A DNA stretch of 64,000 nt from Candidatus Binatia bacterium (GCA_963666515.2 OY762897.2:3552001-3616000), one strand, 5' to 3'; shown: positions 10,559 to 19,580, counted from the stretch's first letter. Program-made: numbers and translations. The notes: generated from the sequence alone by a model not told the origin.

Positions 10559-11872
10559 CTAGCGCCGTTCACGAAAACCGTGCGTATGGCTGCCGAGAAC
10601 GGTGGTCCACTGGAGGTAGACCTGGGGGCCCTCGTGCCCGGCCGCTTCGCCGACGTCGTCCCACCCGTGGGTGTACTGGAGACGCAGGCGGTTGAACTCG
10701 CTCGGCGACCATGAAACGTACGGCGAAAGACTCAGCGTCTTGTCGGAGGGATGCTCCGGGTCGGGCGCGGAATCCACCAAGAGGCCCAGGCTCCATTTGC
10801 CCGGAAACTCCGGATTGAAGTCCACGTTGGCGTACGCGTAGCCGCCGCGGGCGGTCACCTCTCCGGCGTCGTGGAAGTGCTGGCGGTTGACGAACCACTC
10901 GCCCGCGATGGTGAGCCCTTCGTAGAGACCGGCCACCAGGGGCCGGTGCCGAAGCGTCACGTCAGCGCCCAGCAGCGCGCGCCGGCTATCTTCCTCTCCC
11001 GTCTCCGTCGCCGGCGTGAACGCCAGCGAGGAACCGACCTCGATGTTCCAGGTTTCGCTCAGGTCGAAAAAGGCCTGCAGCCGGCCCAGGTAGGTCAGGT
11101 TCTTGAGGGACCGACTTCCGCCTTCATCGTCGTCGTCGTCGTCCTCCCCGTTATCGTCGTGATCGTCATCCTCCCCGTGATCGTCGTGATCATCCTCCCC
11201 GTTATCGTCATGTTCGTGGGAGTGCCCGATCTCGTTGAACGCCCCGCCGGTCAGGGAGAGATAGAACGGGGTCGGGAAGAGGTAGCGCCACTGGACGCCC
11301 GTGCCTATCGACTCGCCGCCGGCCAGACGATTCATGGACAGGGGCGTGTTGACGAACGGAAGCTCGTGCTGGTGAAACTGTGTCAGACGGCCGAAGTCCG
11401 CGAAAAAGCGCCCGGCGGTCACGTTGATCGGCAGAGCCGTCGTCTGCACGGCCGCCTCTTCGATCTCGATTCCATCTTCCGTGCCGGTGATGAACGCGTA
11501 GGCCCTTCCATACGGGTCGATCTCGGCCGACAGACCGAGCTCCGCCGACCGCAACTTGAATTCGCCGTCGGCGTCGTCCCGATGCTCGAAGGTCGTGTCG
11601 ATGGCCATGCCGATGGACGGATTCAGGATCGAAGGACTCTCCTGGACCGCCTTCACGGACTGCTCGACCGAAGTCACACGTTCGGCCTCGGCCTTCTTCC
11701 GATCGAGCTCCTCGATGCGCTTCATCAACTCGTTCATTTCCTGCTGCATCTCGCCCAGTTGCTTCTTGAGCGCCTCCACCGGTTCCTGCCCGGCCGCGGA
11801 GCCCGAAAACCCGCATGACAGCAGGAACGCCATGCACCCGAGAACCACCCTCTTCGTCACGAAAGCCTTCAT
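10559..11872 (-). CDS. Outer-membrane beta-barrel protein with His/Asp-rich loop, associated with the metal-uptake operon
   Basis: Signal peptide, coiled coil, LNPSIG/ELGLSAEIDPY barrel region, SEFNRLRLQY, C-terminal GSHTH; alternative start at 11911. Confidence 0.75.
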   Translation of the reverse strand: MKAFVTKRVVLGCMAFLLSCGFSGSAAGQEPVEALKKQLGEMQQEMNELMKRIEELDRKKAEAERVTSVEQSVKAVQESPSILNPSIGMAIDTTFEHRDDADGEFKLRSAELGLSAEIDPYGRAYAFITGTEDGIEIEEAAVQTTALPINVTAGRFFADFGRLTQFHQHELPFVNTPLSMNRLAGGESIGTGVQWRYLFPTPFYLSLTGGAFNEIGHSHEHDDNGEDDHDDHGEDDDHDDNGEDDDDDDEGGSRSLKNLTYLGRLQAFFDLSETWNIEVGSSLAFTPATETGEEDSRRALLGADVTLRHRPLVAGLYEGLTIAGEWFVNRQHFHDAGEVTARGGYAYANVDFNPEFPGKWSLGLLVDSAPDPEHPSDKTLSLSPYVSWSPSEFNRLRLQYTHGWDDVGEAAGHEGPQVYLQWTTVLGSHTHGFRERR

Positions 11873-11904
11873 AGAGTCTCCTTCCGGTAGGCGCCGCATG
11901 AATT

Positions 11905-12010
11905 CCACCATATGTTAATAAGAAATCAATATCAGATGAATGGCGACTTTTTCAACACACGTAATTGGTCAGGAAGACTTTTATAATCTATTGATAAAAT
12001 AATCTCAATA
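11905..12010. promoter_or_regulatory. AT-rich promoter/operator region of the metal-uptake operon (possible Fur/Zur site)
   Basis: Strongly AT-rich stretch directly upstream of the operon; no clean consensus box could be fixed. Confidence 0.45.
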
Positions 12011-12054
12011 GGTGCCAGCCCCTCGTCCTGCTTCGGCGACGCCCCGAATCGCCT

Positions 12055-12084
12055 TTGCCTCCATGGCGTGTCGTACAGTATAGT
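12055..12084 (+). promoter_or_regulatory. Putative sigma70 promoter for the TPR gene
   Basis: TTGCCT-N18-TATAGT. Confidence 0.4.
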
Positions 12085-12117
12085 TGGTGAGCCAGCGTGC
12101 CGGAGAGGAGCACGGAC

Positions 12118-12199
12118 CCGCGTCTTCGCCCCGGACCACGCCACGACCGGCTGCTGGCCTCCTGCACCGAAGAGGTGTTCCAGGGCGCGGAAAAACGAG
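12118..12199 (+). repeat. Degenerate copy of the HD gene 3' end (direct repeat copy 2)
   Basis: ccgcgtcttcgccccggaccacgccacgaccggctgctggcctcctgcaccgaagaggtgttccagggcgcgg aligns to 7874-7956. Confidence 0.9.
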
Positions 12200-12200
12200 G

Positions 12201-14447
12201 ATGACTACCGGCGAGCCAGGCATGAGTCTCTCCCGGCGGGAGGGGCTGACCATCCTCTCACTCGCTCTGCTGGTGGCGGTGAGCTACCTGCCGGCGATGC
12301 TGTGGGGCGGTTTTGTATGGGACGATGTCGGCATCACCGGGGCGCAGCCGGTCCGGGAAGCAACCGGCCTGTGGCGAATCTGGTTTTCGCCCGGGAGCAT
12401 CGGGAGTGAAACCCACTACTGGCCGCTGGTCTATACGACGTTCTGGTTGGAGCACAAGCTGTGGGGCTTTGCGCCGGCCGGGTATCACGTCGTCAACGTG
12501 CTGCTGCACGCGGCCAATACGATCTTGCTGTGGCGCCTGTTGCGGCGGCTGACGGTCCCCGGCGCGTGGGCGATAGCCGCGGTGTTCGCCGTGCACCCCG
12601 TGCACGTGGAGTCGGTCGCGTGGGTCATCGAGCGCAAGGACGTGCTCTCCAGCCTGTTCTACCTTACCGCGGCGCTGACCTGGATGCGTTGGGTGGAAAC
12701 GCCGCGCCCGGGCCGCTACGCGCTGGCCCTGGGCCTGTTCGCGGCGGGCATGCTCAGCAAATCCATGGTGGTCACGCTGCCGGCGGCGCTGCTCATCTGG
12801 CATTGGTGGAAGCAGGGCCGCGTGACCGCGCAGGACTTGATTCGATTGACGCCGTTCTTCGCGGTGGCCCTGGCCATCGCGGCCGGCGACGTGTGGTATT
12901 CAAGGTCCGTAAACCCGGTATCCCTGGAGTATTCGGCGATCGAGCGGATGCTCATCGCAGCGCGCGCCCTGTGGTTCTATGCCGGAAAGCTGGCGTGGCC
13001 GACGGATCTGGCCGTCGTCTACCCGTTCTGGGACGTCCGCGTCGCGGACCCGCTCGCCTGGGGGTGCGCCGTCGCTGCCGCCGGGCTGACGGTGGCGCTG
13101 TGGACCCTGCGGCATCGGATCGGACGCGGGCCGCTGGCCGGGACGCTGTTCTTCGCGGTCACGCTGTCGCCGGTGCTGGGCTTTGTGGGTCACAACTACA
13201 TGGCGGAGTACGCCTTCGTCGCCGACCGCTACCAGTACCTGGCCAGCGCCGGGTTGCTGGCCGTTGTCATCGGGGCCGCGGCCCACGGCGTTGCCGCCGC
13301 CCGCGCCGCCGGCAGATTGCCCGACGCGGCGATGAAGGGGGCGGCGGGCTTGACGGTCGCGACCCTGGCAGTCCTGGGAACGCTGACCTGGCGGCAAGCG
13401 GCCATCTATAGCGACCCGTTGACCTTCAACCGCCACATCATCTCGCTCAATCCACGGGCATGGAGCGCTCATCAAAATCTGAGCGTCGCGCTCTTCGATC
13501 GGGAACGCGCGGAAGAAGCCCTTGCCGCTTCCGTCGTCGCCGTGGAACTGAACCCGAAAGCCATCAAGCCGAACGTCCTCCTTGGCAAAATTCTCCTCGA
13601 ACTGGGACGGTTCGAGGAGGCGGAAAAACACTGGCGGCACGTGCTGGAGCTGGTTCCGCGCTACCCCGCCGCTCATCGCGGCCTTGGCGTAGCGCTTTTC
13701 AAGCAAGGACGACTGGAAGAAGCCCTCACGGCCATTCGCGCCGCCCTGGAACAACGCCCGGACTGGGACGTCGCGATGGCCAGTCTCGGCGCCGTCCTGA
13801 ATGACCTGGGACGTTTCGACGAGGCCGAGCGGCACCTGCGCCAGGCCCGGGAACTCCACCCGCGGCATACCAGAATCCTCCATAATCTGGGCGAGTCGCT
13901 CAGACGCACGGGACGGCACGAGGAAGCGCTTGACCTGTACGGTTCGGTCGTCGAAATCGAGCCCGACTATGCGCCGGCCCATGGCGCCATGGGCGTTGTC
14001 CTTCTCGCCATGCGGCGCCATGACGAAGCCATCGACGCCATGCAACGGGCGGTGACGCTGGAGCCGGATTCGCCGCAGGCGCCCGGGCTGTACGCCTCCC
14101 TGGGCAAGGCCGCGCGGGAGACGGGTCGGACCGAGATGGCCGCCAGCTACTATGAACGCGCCTTGCAGGGCGACCCGCGCCGCACGGATGCTCTCCTGGG
14201 CCTGGCCATGGTGCGGTTCAGGCAGCAGCGTTACGCCGAAGCACGGCCGCTCTTGCAGACCATCATCGAGATGGAGCCCGGCCACGCGCTCGCTCATGCC
14301 AACATGGGAGTCGCCCTTTACCACCTGGGGCGCAAACGCGAGGCGGTGGAGAGCATCGACCGGGCGCTCGCCCTGGACCCGACCCTGGAGCGCGTGCGAG
14401 CCGGCCGCGCACGAATTCTGGAAAGCATGGGACAGCGACGCCGGTAG
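12201..14447 (+). CDS. TMTC-like membrane protein (GT-C-like N-terminus) with C-terminal TPR repeats
   Basis: GFVWDD, HPVHVESVAWVIERKD and ADRYQYL motifs, then many TPR repeats; alternative start 12222. Confidence 0.85.
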   Translation: MTTGEPGMSLSRREGLTILSLALLVAVSYLPAMLWGGFVWDDVGITGAQPVREATGLWRIWFSPGSIGSETHYWPLVYTTFWLEHKLWGFAPAGYHVVNVLLHAANTILLWRLLRRLTVPGAWAIAAVFAVHPVHVESVAWVIERKDVLSSLFYLTAALTWMRWVETPRPGRYALALGLFAAGMLSKSMVVTLPAALLIWHWWKQGRVTAQDLIRLTPFFAVALAIAAGDVWYSRSVNPVSLEYSAIERMLIAARALWFYAGKLAWPTDLAVVYPFWDVRVADPLAWGCAVAAAGLTVALWTLRHRIGRGPLAGTLFFAVTLSPVLGFVGHNYMAEYAFVADRYQYLASAGLLAVVIGAAAHGVAAARAAGRLPDAAMKGAAGLTVATLAVLGTLTWRQAAIYSDPLTFNRHIISLNPRAWSAHQNLSVALFDRERAEEALAASVVAVELNPKAIKPNVLLGKILLELGRFEEAEKHWRHVLELVPRYPAAHRGLGVALFKQGRLEEALTAIRAALEQRPDWDVAMASLGAVLNDLGRFDEAERHLRQARELHPRHTRILHNLGESLRRTGRHEEALDLYGSVVEIEPDYAPAHGAMGVVLLAMRRHDEAIDAMQRAVTLEPDSPQAPGLYASLGKAARETGRTEMAASYYERALQGDPRRTDALLGLAMVRFRQQRYAEARPLLQTIIEMEPGHALAHANMGVALYHLGRKREAVESIDRALALDPTLERVRAGRARILESMGQRRR

Positions 14448-14513
14448 CCCGTAGAGTCGGGATGGGCATTGCGGCGAAAGACCGGCAAGGCCCTGCATGA
14501 ACAAGGCTCAGCT

Positions 14514-14543
14514 TTGCATGTCTGAAGTGCAGTGGTGTATAAT
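14514..14543 (+). promoter_or_regulatory. Putative sigma70 promoter of the Fur-family gene, overlapped by an imperfect palindrome
   Basis: TTGCAT-N18-TATAAT; GTGCAGT-N8-ATTGCAC spans the -10 element. Confidence 0.55.
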
Positions 14544-14647
14544 TGCACGATGAATGGGACGGATGTTCCGAAAGAGGATGGAACGGGAGGATGGAACGGC
14601 GAACGTGCCCGTCGCGCCAAGGCCAAGGCGCCCACATGGTCGGTGAA

Positions 14648-15070
14648 ATGAGCTACCCCGAGGAAAAGGCTTCTCGCAATCGTCCCCGCGTCAGACGGCG
14701 GACACGGCAACGCAGCGTGATCCAGCGGGTGCTGCTGGAAGCCAACCGTCCGCTGAGTCCCCACGACATCCTCCAGGCGGCGCAGGCGAAAGCCCCCGGC
14801 CTGGGCATCGCCACCGTCTACCGCGCGATTCACACCATGACGACCGAAGGGACCCTCGTCCCGGTGGAAGTTCCCGGGGAAGCCCCCCGTTACGAGAGCG
14901 CGGGAAAGGAACACCACCACCACTTCCAGTGCCGCGAGTGCGACGACGTCTTCGACATCCAGGGCTGCCCGCCGGACATCCAGAAGCTCGCGCCCAAGGG
15001 CTTCCGGCTCGAGGGCCACCAAGTCGTGCTCTACGGCGTGTGCCCCCCGTGCACGGGAATGCCCACGTAG
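14648..15070 (+). CDS. Fur-family (Zur-like) transcriptional regulator
   Basis: TRQR, LGIATVYR, HHHHFQCREC and C-terminal CxxC; start uncertain (14636 or 14648). Confidence 0.88.
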   Translation: MSYPEEKASRNRPRVRRRTRQRSVIQRVLLEANRPLSPHDILQAAQAKAPGLGIATVYRAIHTMTTEGTLVPVEVPGEAPRYESAGKEHHHHFQCRECDDVFDIQGCPPDIQKLAPKGFRLEGHQVVLYGVCPPCTGMPT

Positions 15071-15072
15071 CC

Positions 15073-15091
15073 GAGCGAAGTCGAAGGACGC
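15073..15091. repeat. Partial palindromic repeat (GAGCGAAGTCGAAGGACG family)
   Basis: Same core as the copies at 25533, 45764, 48194, 49000 and 61031. Confidence 0.7.
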
Positions 15092-15124
15092 AAACCTTTC
15101 ATCACGACAGCCCAGAATAAGACC

Positions 15125-15610
15125 ATGAGCAGCCTCCGCATCGAACAGGAAGGAATGCCGGCGCTGGAGTTGGATTTCCAGCAACTCGCGGCCCTGGACG
15201 GCCAGATCGACGACGTCGGCGCGCTGATCCCCGGCCGCACGGGCGGCGCCGTGACGCTTCAGGCCATCCTCGACCGGCTCAACCCGGACCCGGCCCTCGA
15301 CCACCTCACGGTGGAATCCACCGACGGCGGCTTCGCCGCCAGCGTGCCGCTGGAGGCGCTCCGCCGCGCGGTCATCGCCTACCGCATCGGCGACGAGCCG
15401 CTGCCCCGGGACAAGGGCGGGCCGTTGCGTTTCCTGATCCCCGACGACGAGGGCTGCGCCACCGGCGGCGCCGACGCCTGCGCCAACGTCAAGTTCGTGG
15501 GCACGCTGCGCCTGACGAAGGGCAAGGGCAAGGACACGCGGCCGGAGACGCCCCGGCAGCATGCCAGGCTGCACGAGGAAGAAGGCAAGCAGGAACGCGG
15601 AGGACACTGA
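15125..15610 (+). CDS. Small molybdopterin-oxidoreductase-domain-like protein
   Basis: STDGGFAASVPL, IAYRIGDEPLPRDKGGPLRFLIP and ANVKFV resemble the Oxidored_molyb domain. Confidence 0.65.
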   Translation: MSSLRIEQEGMPALELDFQQLAALDGQIDDVGALIPGRTGGAVTLQAILDRLNPDPALDHLTVESTDGGFAASVPLEALRRAVIAYRIGDEPLPRDKGGPLRFLIPDDEGCATGGADACANVKFVGTLRLTKGKGKDTRPETPRQHARLHEEEGKQERGGH

Positions 15611-16747
15611 ATGGCTTCACTCAAGGACAAGTACGCGATCGTGGGCGTGGGGCACTCGGCGCTGGGGAAGGTGCCCGAGCTGAGCGACTACGGCCTGCAG
15701 GTGATGGCGGTGAAGGCCGCCCTGGACGACGCCGGCCTCAAGAAGACCGACATCGACGCGGTGATCACCCACAGCCACCTGCTGGGCGCGGTGCGGGTGC
15801 ACCACCAGAACCTGTCGGAGCGGCTGGGCATCGACACCGCCTTCGGGGTGTCGCTGTCCGCGGGCGGGGCCACCTCGTGCCTGATGGTGCAGGTGGCGGC
15901 CGCGGCCATCGAGGCGGGCTTCTGCAAGACCGTGCTGTGCGTCCACGGCGACAAGGGCGCCACCCGCAAGACGCCGGGCCGGGGCGACGGCGGCGGCGAG
16001 TTCGGCCCCGAGTACGGCCTGTACGGCGCCGCCGGAGCGCACGCCTTCGGGCTGACGCGCCACATGCACGAGTACGGCACCACCCACGACCACATGGGCG
16101 CCATCGCCGTGGCCTGCCGCAAGCACGCGCAACTGAACCCGGTGGCCGCCATGCAGGCCGACATGACCCTGGAGGACTACCACAACTCGCGCTGGATCGT
16201 ATGGCCGTTCCACCTGTTCGACTGCTGCCTGCGGAGCGACGGTGCCGCCGCGGTCATCGTCACCTCGGCCGAGCGCGCCAGGGACATGAAGCAGAAGCCG
16301 GTCTACGTCATGGGCATGGGTCAGACCAACAACTCCCGCGGCTACATCTGGGGCGACCACATGACCGAGCTGGGCGCCAAGGAGTCCGGCGCCCAGGCCT
16401 TCGCCATGGCCGGCCTCAAGCCCAAGGACATCGACACCGCACAGATCTACGACTGCTTCACCTACATCCTCATGGCCACGCTGGAGGACTACGGCTTCTG
16501 CAAGAAGGGCGAGGGCGGCCCGTTCGTGAGCGGAGGCCGCATCGAGTTGGGCGGCGAGCTGCCCACCAACACCTCCGGCGGCATGCTGTCGGAGTGCTAC
16601 ATCGAGGGCATGCTCCAGATCGTCGAGGGCGTGCGCCAGTTGCGCGGCGAATGCGGCGCGCGCCAGGTCAAGGACGCCGAGACCGCCATCATCAGCGGCA
16701 ACGGCGGCAACGCCGTGTGCCACTCGACGCTGATCTTGAGGAACTAG
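15611..16747 (+). CDS. Thiolase-like protein (SCP-x/Ltp2-type, no catalytic Cys)
   Basis: AIVGVG, DCCLRSDGAAA, IYDCFT, NTSGGMLSECY, QLRGECGARQV. Confidence 0.88.
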   Translation: MASLKDKYAIVGVGHSALGKVPELSDYGLQVMAVKAALDDAGLKKTDIDAVITHSHLLGAVRVHHQNLSERLGIDTAFGVSLSAGGATSCLMVQVAAAAIEAGFCKTVLCVHGDKGATRKTPGRGDGGGEFGPEYGLYGAAGAHAFGLTRHMHEYGTTHDHMGAIAVACRKHAQLNPVAAMQADMTLEDYHNSRWIVWPFHLFDCCLRSDGAAAVIVTSAERARDMKQKPVYVMGMGQTNNSRGYIWGDHMTELGAKESGAQAFAMAGLKPKDIDTAQIYDCFTYILMATLEDYGFCKKGEGGPFVSGGRIELGGELPTNTSGGMLSECYIEGMLQIVEGVRQLRGECGARQVKDAETAIISGNGGNAVCHSTLILRN

Positions 16748-16796
16748 CGGCGGGGGCCGAGCCCCGTCACGTGCTCCCGACAACCAGGAGACCGCC

Positions 16797-17204
16797 GTGA
16801 GCGACTACGCCAAACCCATACCGACCCCGTCCGAGGATTCCGTACCCTACTGGGAGGCCGCAAAGAACCACGAGCTGAAGCTGCAGCAGTGCGGCGCCTG
16901 CAACGCCTTCCGGTTCCCGCCGGCCGAGGTGTGTCCCGAGTGCACCTCCGAGGACTACGAGTGGAAGCCGGTATCCGGCAAGGGCCGGGTGTTCTCGTTC
17001 GTCATCTACCACCGCGCCTACCACCCCGGCTTCAAGGAGGAGCTGCCTTACGTGGTGGCGGTCATCGAGCTGGACGAGGGGCCGCGCATGCTGTCCAACG
17101 TCACCGGCTGCAAGCCCGAAGAGGTGCGCTGCGACATGCCGGTGGAAGTGACCTACGAGGACATCACCGACGAGATGACCCTGCCGAAGTTCCGTCCCGC
17201 GTGA
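16797..17204 (+). CDS. DUF35 Zn-ribbon/OB-fold protein
   Basis: PYWEAA, QQCGAC..CPEC, SGKGRVFSF, ELDEGPRMLSN; adjacent to the thiolase-like gene. Confidence 0.9.
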   Translation: MSDYAKPIPTPSEDSVPYWEAAKNHELKLQQCGACNAFRFPPAEVCPECTSEDYEWKPVSGKGRVFSFVIYHRAYHPGFKEELPYVVAVIELDEGPRMLSNVTGCKPEEVRCDMPVEVTYEDITDEMTLPKFRPA

Positions 17205-17213
17205 GGACGCGCC

Positions 17214-18629
17214 ATGTCCTACCGTGACCTCAGAGAATGGCTGGAGCAGGTGGACGCCATGGGCGAACTGCGCACGGTGCCGGGCTGCGACTGGAACCTG
17301 GAGATCGGCGCCCTGGCCGAGGTGGCCGGGCGCGGCCGGGACGCCCCCGCGATCCTGTTCGACGACATCAAGGGCTACCCCGAGGGGCACCGGGTGCTGG
17401 TGGGCATGGTGGAGTCGCTCAAGCGCGCCGCCCTCACCACCAACCTGCCCACGGACATCACCCGCAACGAGTTCATCGCCGCCTGGCGGGAGCGCCTCAA
17501 CAACCCGAAGCTGATCCCGCCCGAGTACGTGGACGAGAGCCCTCTCTACGAGAACGCGTTCACGGGCAAGGACATCGACCTGCTGAGCCTGCCGGTGCCC
17601 AAGTGGCACGACGAGGACGGCGGCCGATACATCGGCACCGCCCACGTGGTCATGACCCAGGACCCGGACGAGGGCTGGATCAACATGGGCGTGTACCGCA
17701 CCATGGTGCACGAGAAGGACCGGCTGGCGGTCTACATCTCGCCGGGCAAGCACGGCCGCATCCACCGCCAGAAGGCATTTGACCAGAACAAGCCCCTCAA
17801 GGTGGCCATCTCGTTCGGGCAGGACCCGCTGCTGTTCCTGCTGGGGTCGCGGCAGATCCCCTGGGGCGACCAGGAGCTTGACTACGCCGGCGGCATCAAG
17901 GGCGCGCCCGTGGACGTGATCCGCGGCGAGTTCACCGGCCTGCCGATTCCGGCCCATGCCGAGATCGCCATCGAGGGCGAGATCATGCCCGATGAGACCC
18001 TCCCGGAAGGCCCCTTCGGCGAGTGGCCCGGCTACTACGCCAGCGGCTCGCGCGAGGAGCCGGTGGTGCACGTCAAGAGCCTGATGTACCGCAACAACCC
18101 CATCCTCACCGGCTCGCCGCCGTTCCGGCCGCTGCCCGGCGCCGACGGCTGCGCCTCGCTGATCCGGGCCGCATTCATCTGGGACTCCATGGAGAAGGCC
18201 GGCGTCCCCGACGTCACCGGCGTCGCCTGCTACCAGAACCGCTTCTTCACCGCCGTGTCCATCCGCCAGCGCTACCCCGGACACGCCAAGCAGGCCGCCC
18301 TGATCGCCAGCCAGAACCATACCGGCGCCTACCTCGGCCGCTACGTGGTGGTGGTGGACGACGACATCGACGTCGCCGACCTGAACGACGTGCTGTGGGC
18401 CATGTGCACCCGCTGCAACCCCGCCGACTCCATCGACATCCTGCGCCGCACCTGGAGCGGCCCCCTCGACCCCATCATCCCCCGCGACCAGAAAGGCCAC
18501 AACTCCCGCGCCATCATCGACGCCTGCCGCCCCTACGAATGGATCAAGGACTTCCCGCCCGTGTCGGGCGCCAGCCCGGAGCTGAAGGAGGAGGTGCTGG
18601 AGAAGTACGGGGGGTATCTGAAGGGGTGA
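17214..18629 (+). CDS. UbiD-family (prenylated-FMN) decarboxylase
   Basis: DLREWL, DGGRYI, NMGVYR, EGPFGEWPGYY, VVVDDDID, IIDAC. Confidence 0.92.
   Translation: MSYRDLREWLEQVDAMGELRTVPGCDWNLEIGALAEVAGRGRDAPAILFDDIKGYPEGHRVLVGMVESLKRAALTTNLPTDITRNEFIAAWRERLNNPKLIPPEYVDESPLYENAFTGKDIDLLSLPVPKWHDEDGGRYIGTAHVVMTQDPDEGWINMGVYRTMVHEKDRLAVYISPGKHGRIHRQKAFDQNKPLKVAISFGQDPLLFLLGSRQIPWGDQELDYAGGIKGAPVDVIRGEFTGLPIPAHAEIAIEGEIMPDETLPEGPFGEWPGYYASGSREEPVVHVKSLMYRNNPILTGSPPFRPLPGADGCASLIRAAFIWDSMEKAGVPDVTGVACYQNRFFTAVSIRQRYPGHAKQAALIASQNHTGAYLGRYVVVVDDDIDVADLNDVLWAMCTRCNPADSIDILRRTWSGPLDPIIPRDQKGHNSRAIIDACRPYEWIKDFPPVSGASPELKEEVLEKYGGYLKG
18256..18629 (+). repeat. 374-bp direct repeat copy 1 (ubiD 3' end)
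   Basis: Matches 19166-19539; one difference seen (CTG vs TTG) near the stop. Confidence 0.95.
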
Positions 18630-18722
18630 ATCAGACCGATTGTTTGCTTTACTTGACAAGAGAACCGGGATTCGCTGAACTATTGAGACTTGATGTGCCC
18701 CGCCCAAACAAAGGAGAAAAGC

Positions 18723-18965
18723 ATGGGAACCTCACCATCTTTCTACTGCAAGACATATGACGAAGCAGTGAAGGAGGTTCGCTCCCGCAAGTCGACTCCC
18801 GAGGGACAGAACATGTTACACAGGATTCTGGTTTCTCCGTACGGAGACGGCTACATCGTCCGGTCCATTGATGCGGAACTCTACTGCGAGTCGATCGCCA
18901 ACGGCCAGAACCCAGACGCTTGGCTTGGCTCCGGCATGTGGCCCAAAGGCGTTGTCGCGCGATGA
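18723..18965 (+). CDS. Hypothetical small protein in the lower-GC insert
   Basis: AAGGAG ribosome-binding site, upstream TTGACA, ATGA overlap with the next ORF. Confidence 0.55.
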   Translation: MGTSPSFYCKTYDEAVKEVRSRKSTPEGQNMLHRILVSPYGDGYIVRSIDAELYCESIANGQNPDAWLGSGMWPKGVVAR

Positions 18966-19131
18966 CGGAAGACCCTGAAGGCAGAACCGCGTCCCTGGAG
19001 CCTGTTGAACCTGAACATGTTCAGGAGGAGCTTTTTCCCCTAGTTCGAGAGCAAATCGAAATCGAACATCGACGCATCGAGAGCAATGACCGTCGCACTG
19101 AAATCATTCGTGACGCGATCAAGGCGAGTAC
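18962..19131 (+). pseudogene. Truncated hypothetical gene broken at the IS-end/repeat junction
   Basis: MTEDPEG...RDAIKAS runs into the IS3-like end and then the ubiD repeat out of frame. Confidence 0.5.
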
Positions 19132-19165
19132 TGGAGTTACCCCGTTTCAGTGGACAGTTGAGGGC
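19132..19165. mobile_element. IS3-family terminal inverted-repeat remnant
   Basis: TGGAGTTACCCCGTTTCAGTGGACA follows the IS3 end pattern TG-N3-TTACCC-N6-AGTGGACA. Confidence 0.6.
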
Positions 19166-19539
19166 TGTCCATCCGCCAGCGCTACCCCGGACACGCCAAG
19201 CAGGCCGCCCTGATCGCCAGCCAGAACCATACCGGCGCCTACCTCGGCCGCTACGTGGTGGTGGTGGACGACGACATCGACGTCGCCGACCTGAACGACG
19301 TGCTGTGGGCCATGTGCACCCGCTGCAACCCCGCCGACTCCATCGACATCCTGCGCCGCACCTGGAGCGGCCCCCTCGACCCCATCATCCCCCGCGACCA
19401 GAAAGGCCACAACTCCCGCGCCATCATCGACGCCTGCCGCCCCTACGAATGGATCAAGGACTTCCCGCCCGTGTCGGGCGCCAGCCCGGAGCTGAAGGAG
19501 GAGGTGCTGGAGAAGTACGGGGGGTATTTGAAGGGGTGA
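19166..19539 (+). repeat. 374-bp direct repeat copy 2: 5'-truncated ubiD 3' fragment
   Basis: Near-identical to 18256-18629; has no native 5' end. Confidence 0.95.
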
Positions 19540-19580
19540 GGGGAGGTAGAGCGTGAGGCCGTCTCGGACGGTCCCCGATA

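Noticed and set aside
11905-12010. A specific Fur or Zur box
   Set aside because: The region is AT-rich but gave no convincing match to known consensus boxes by eye; a position-weight-matrix scan is needed.
7874-12199. HD-tail repeat pair as a DGR template/variable repeat
   Set aside because: Mismatches are not confined to adenines of one copy, there is an indel, and no reverse transcriptase is present.
19255-19539. 94-aa ORF as an independent gene
   Set aside because: It is the duplicated ubiD tail with no native start or ribosome-binding site.
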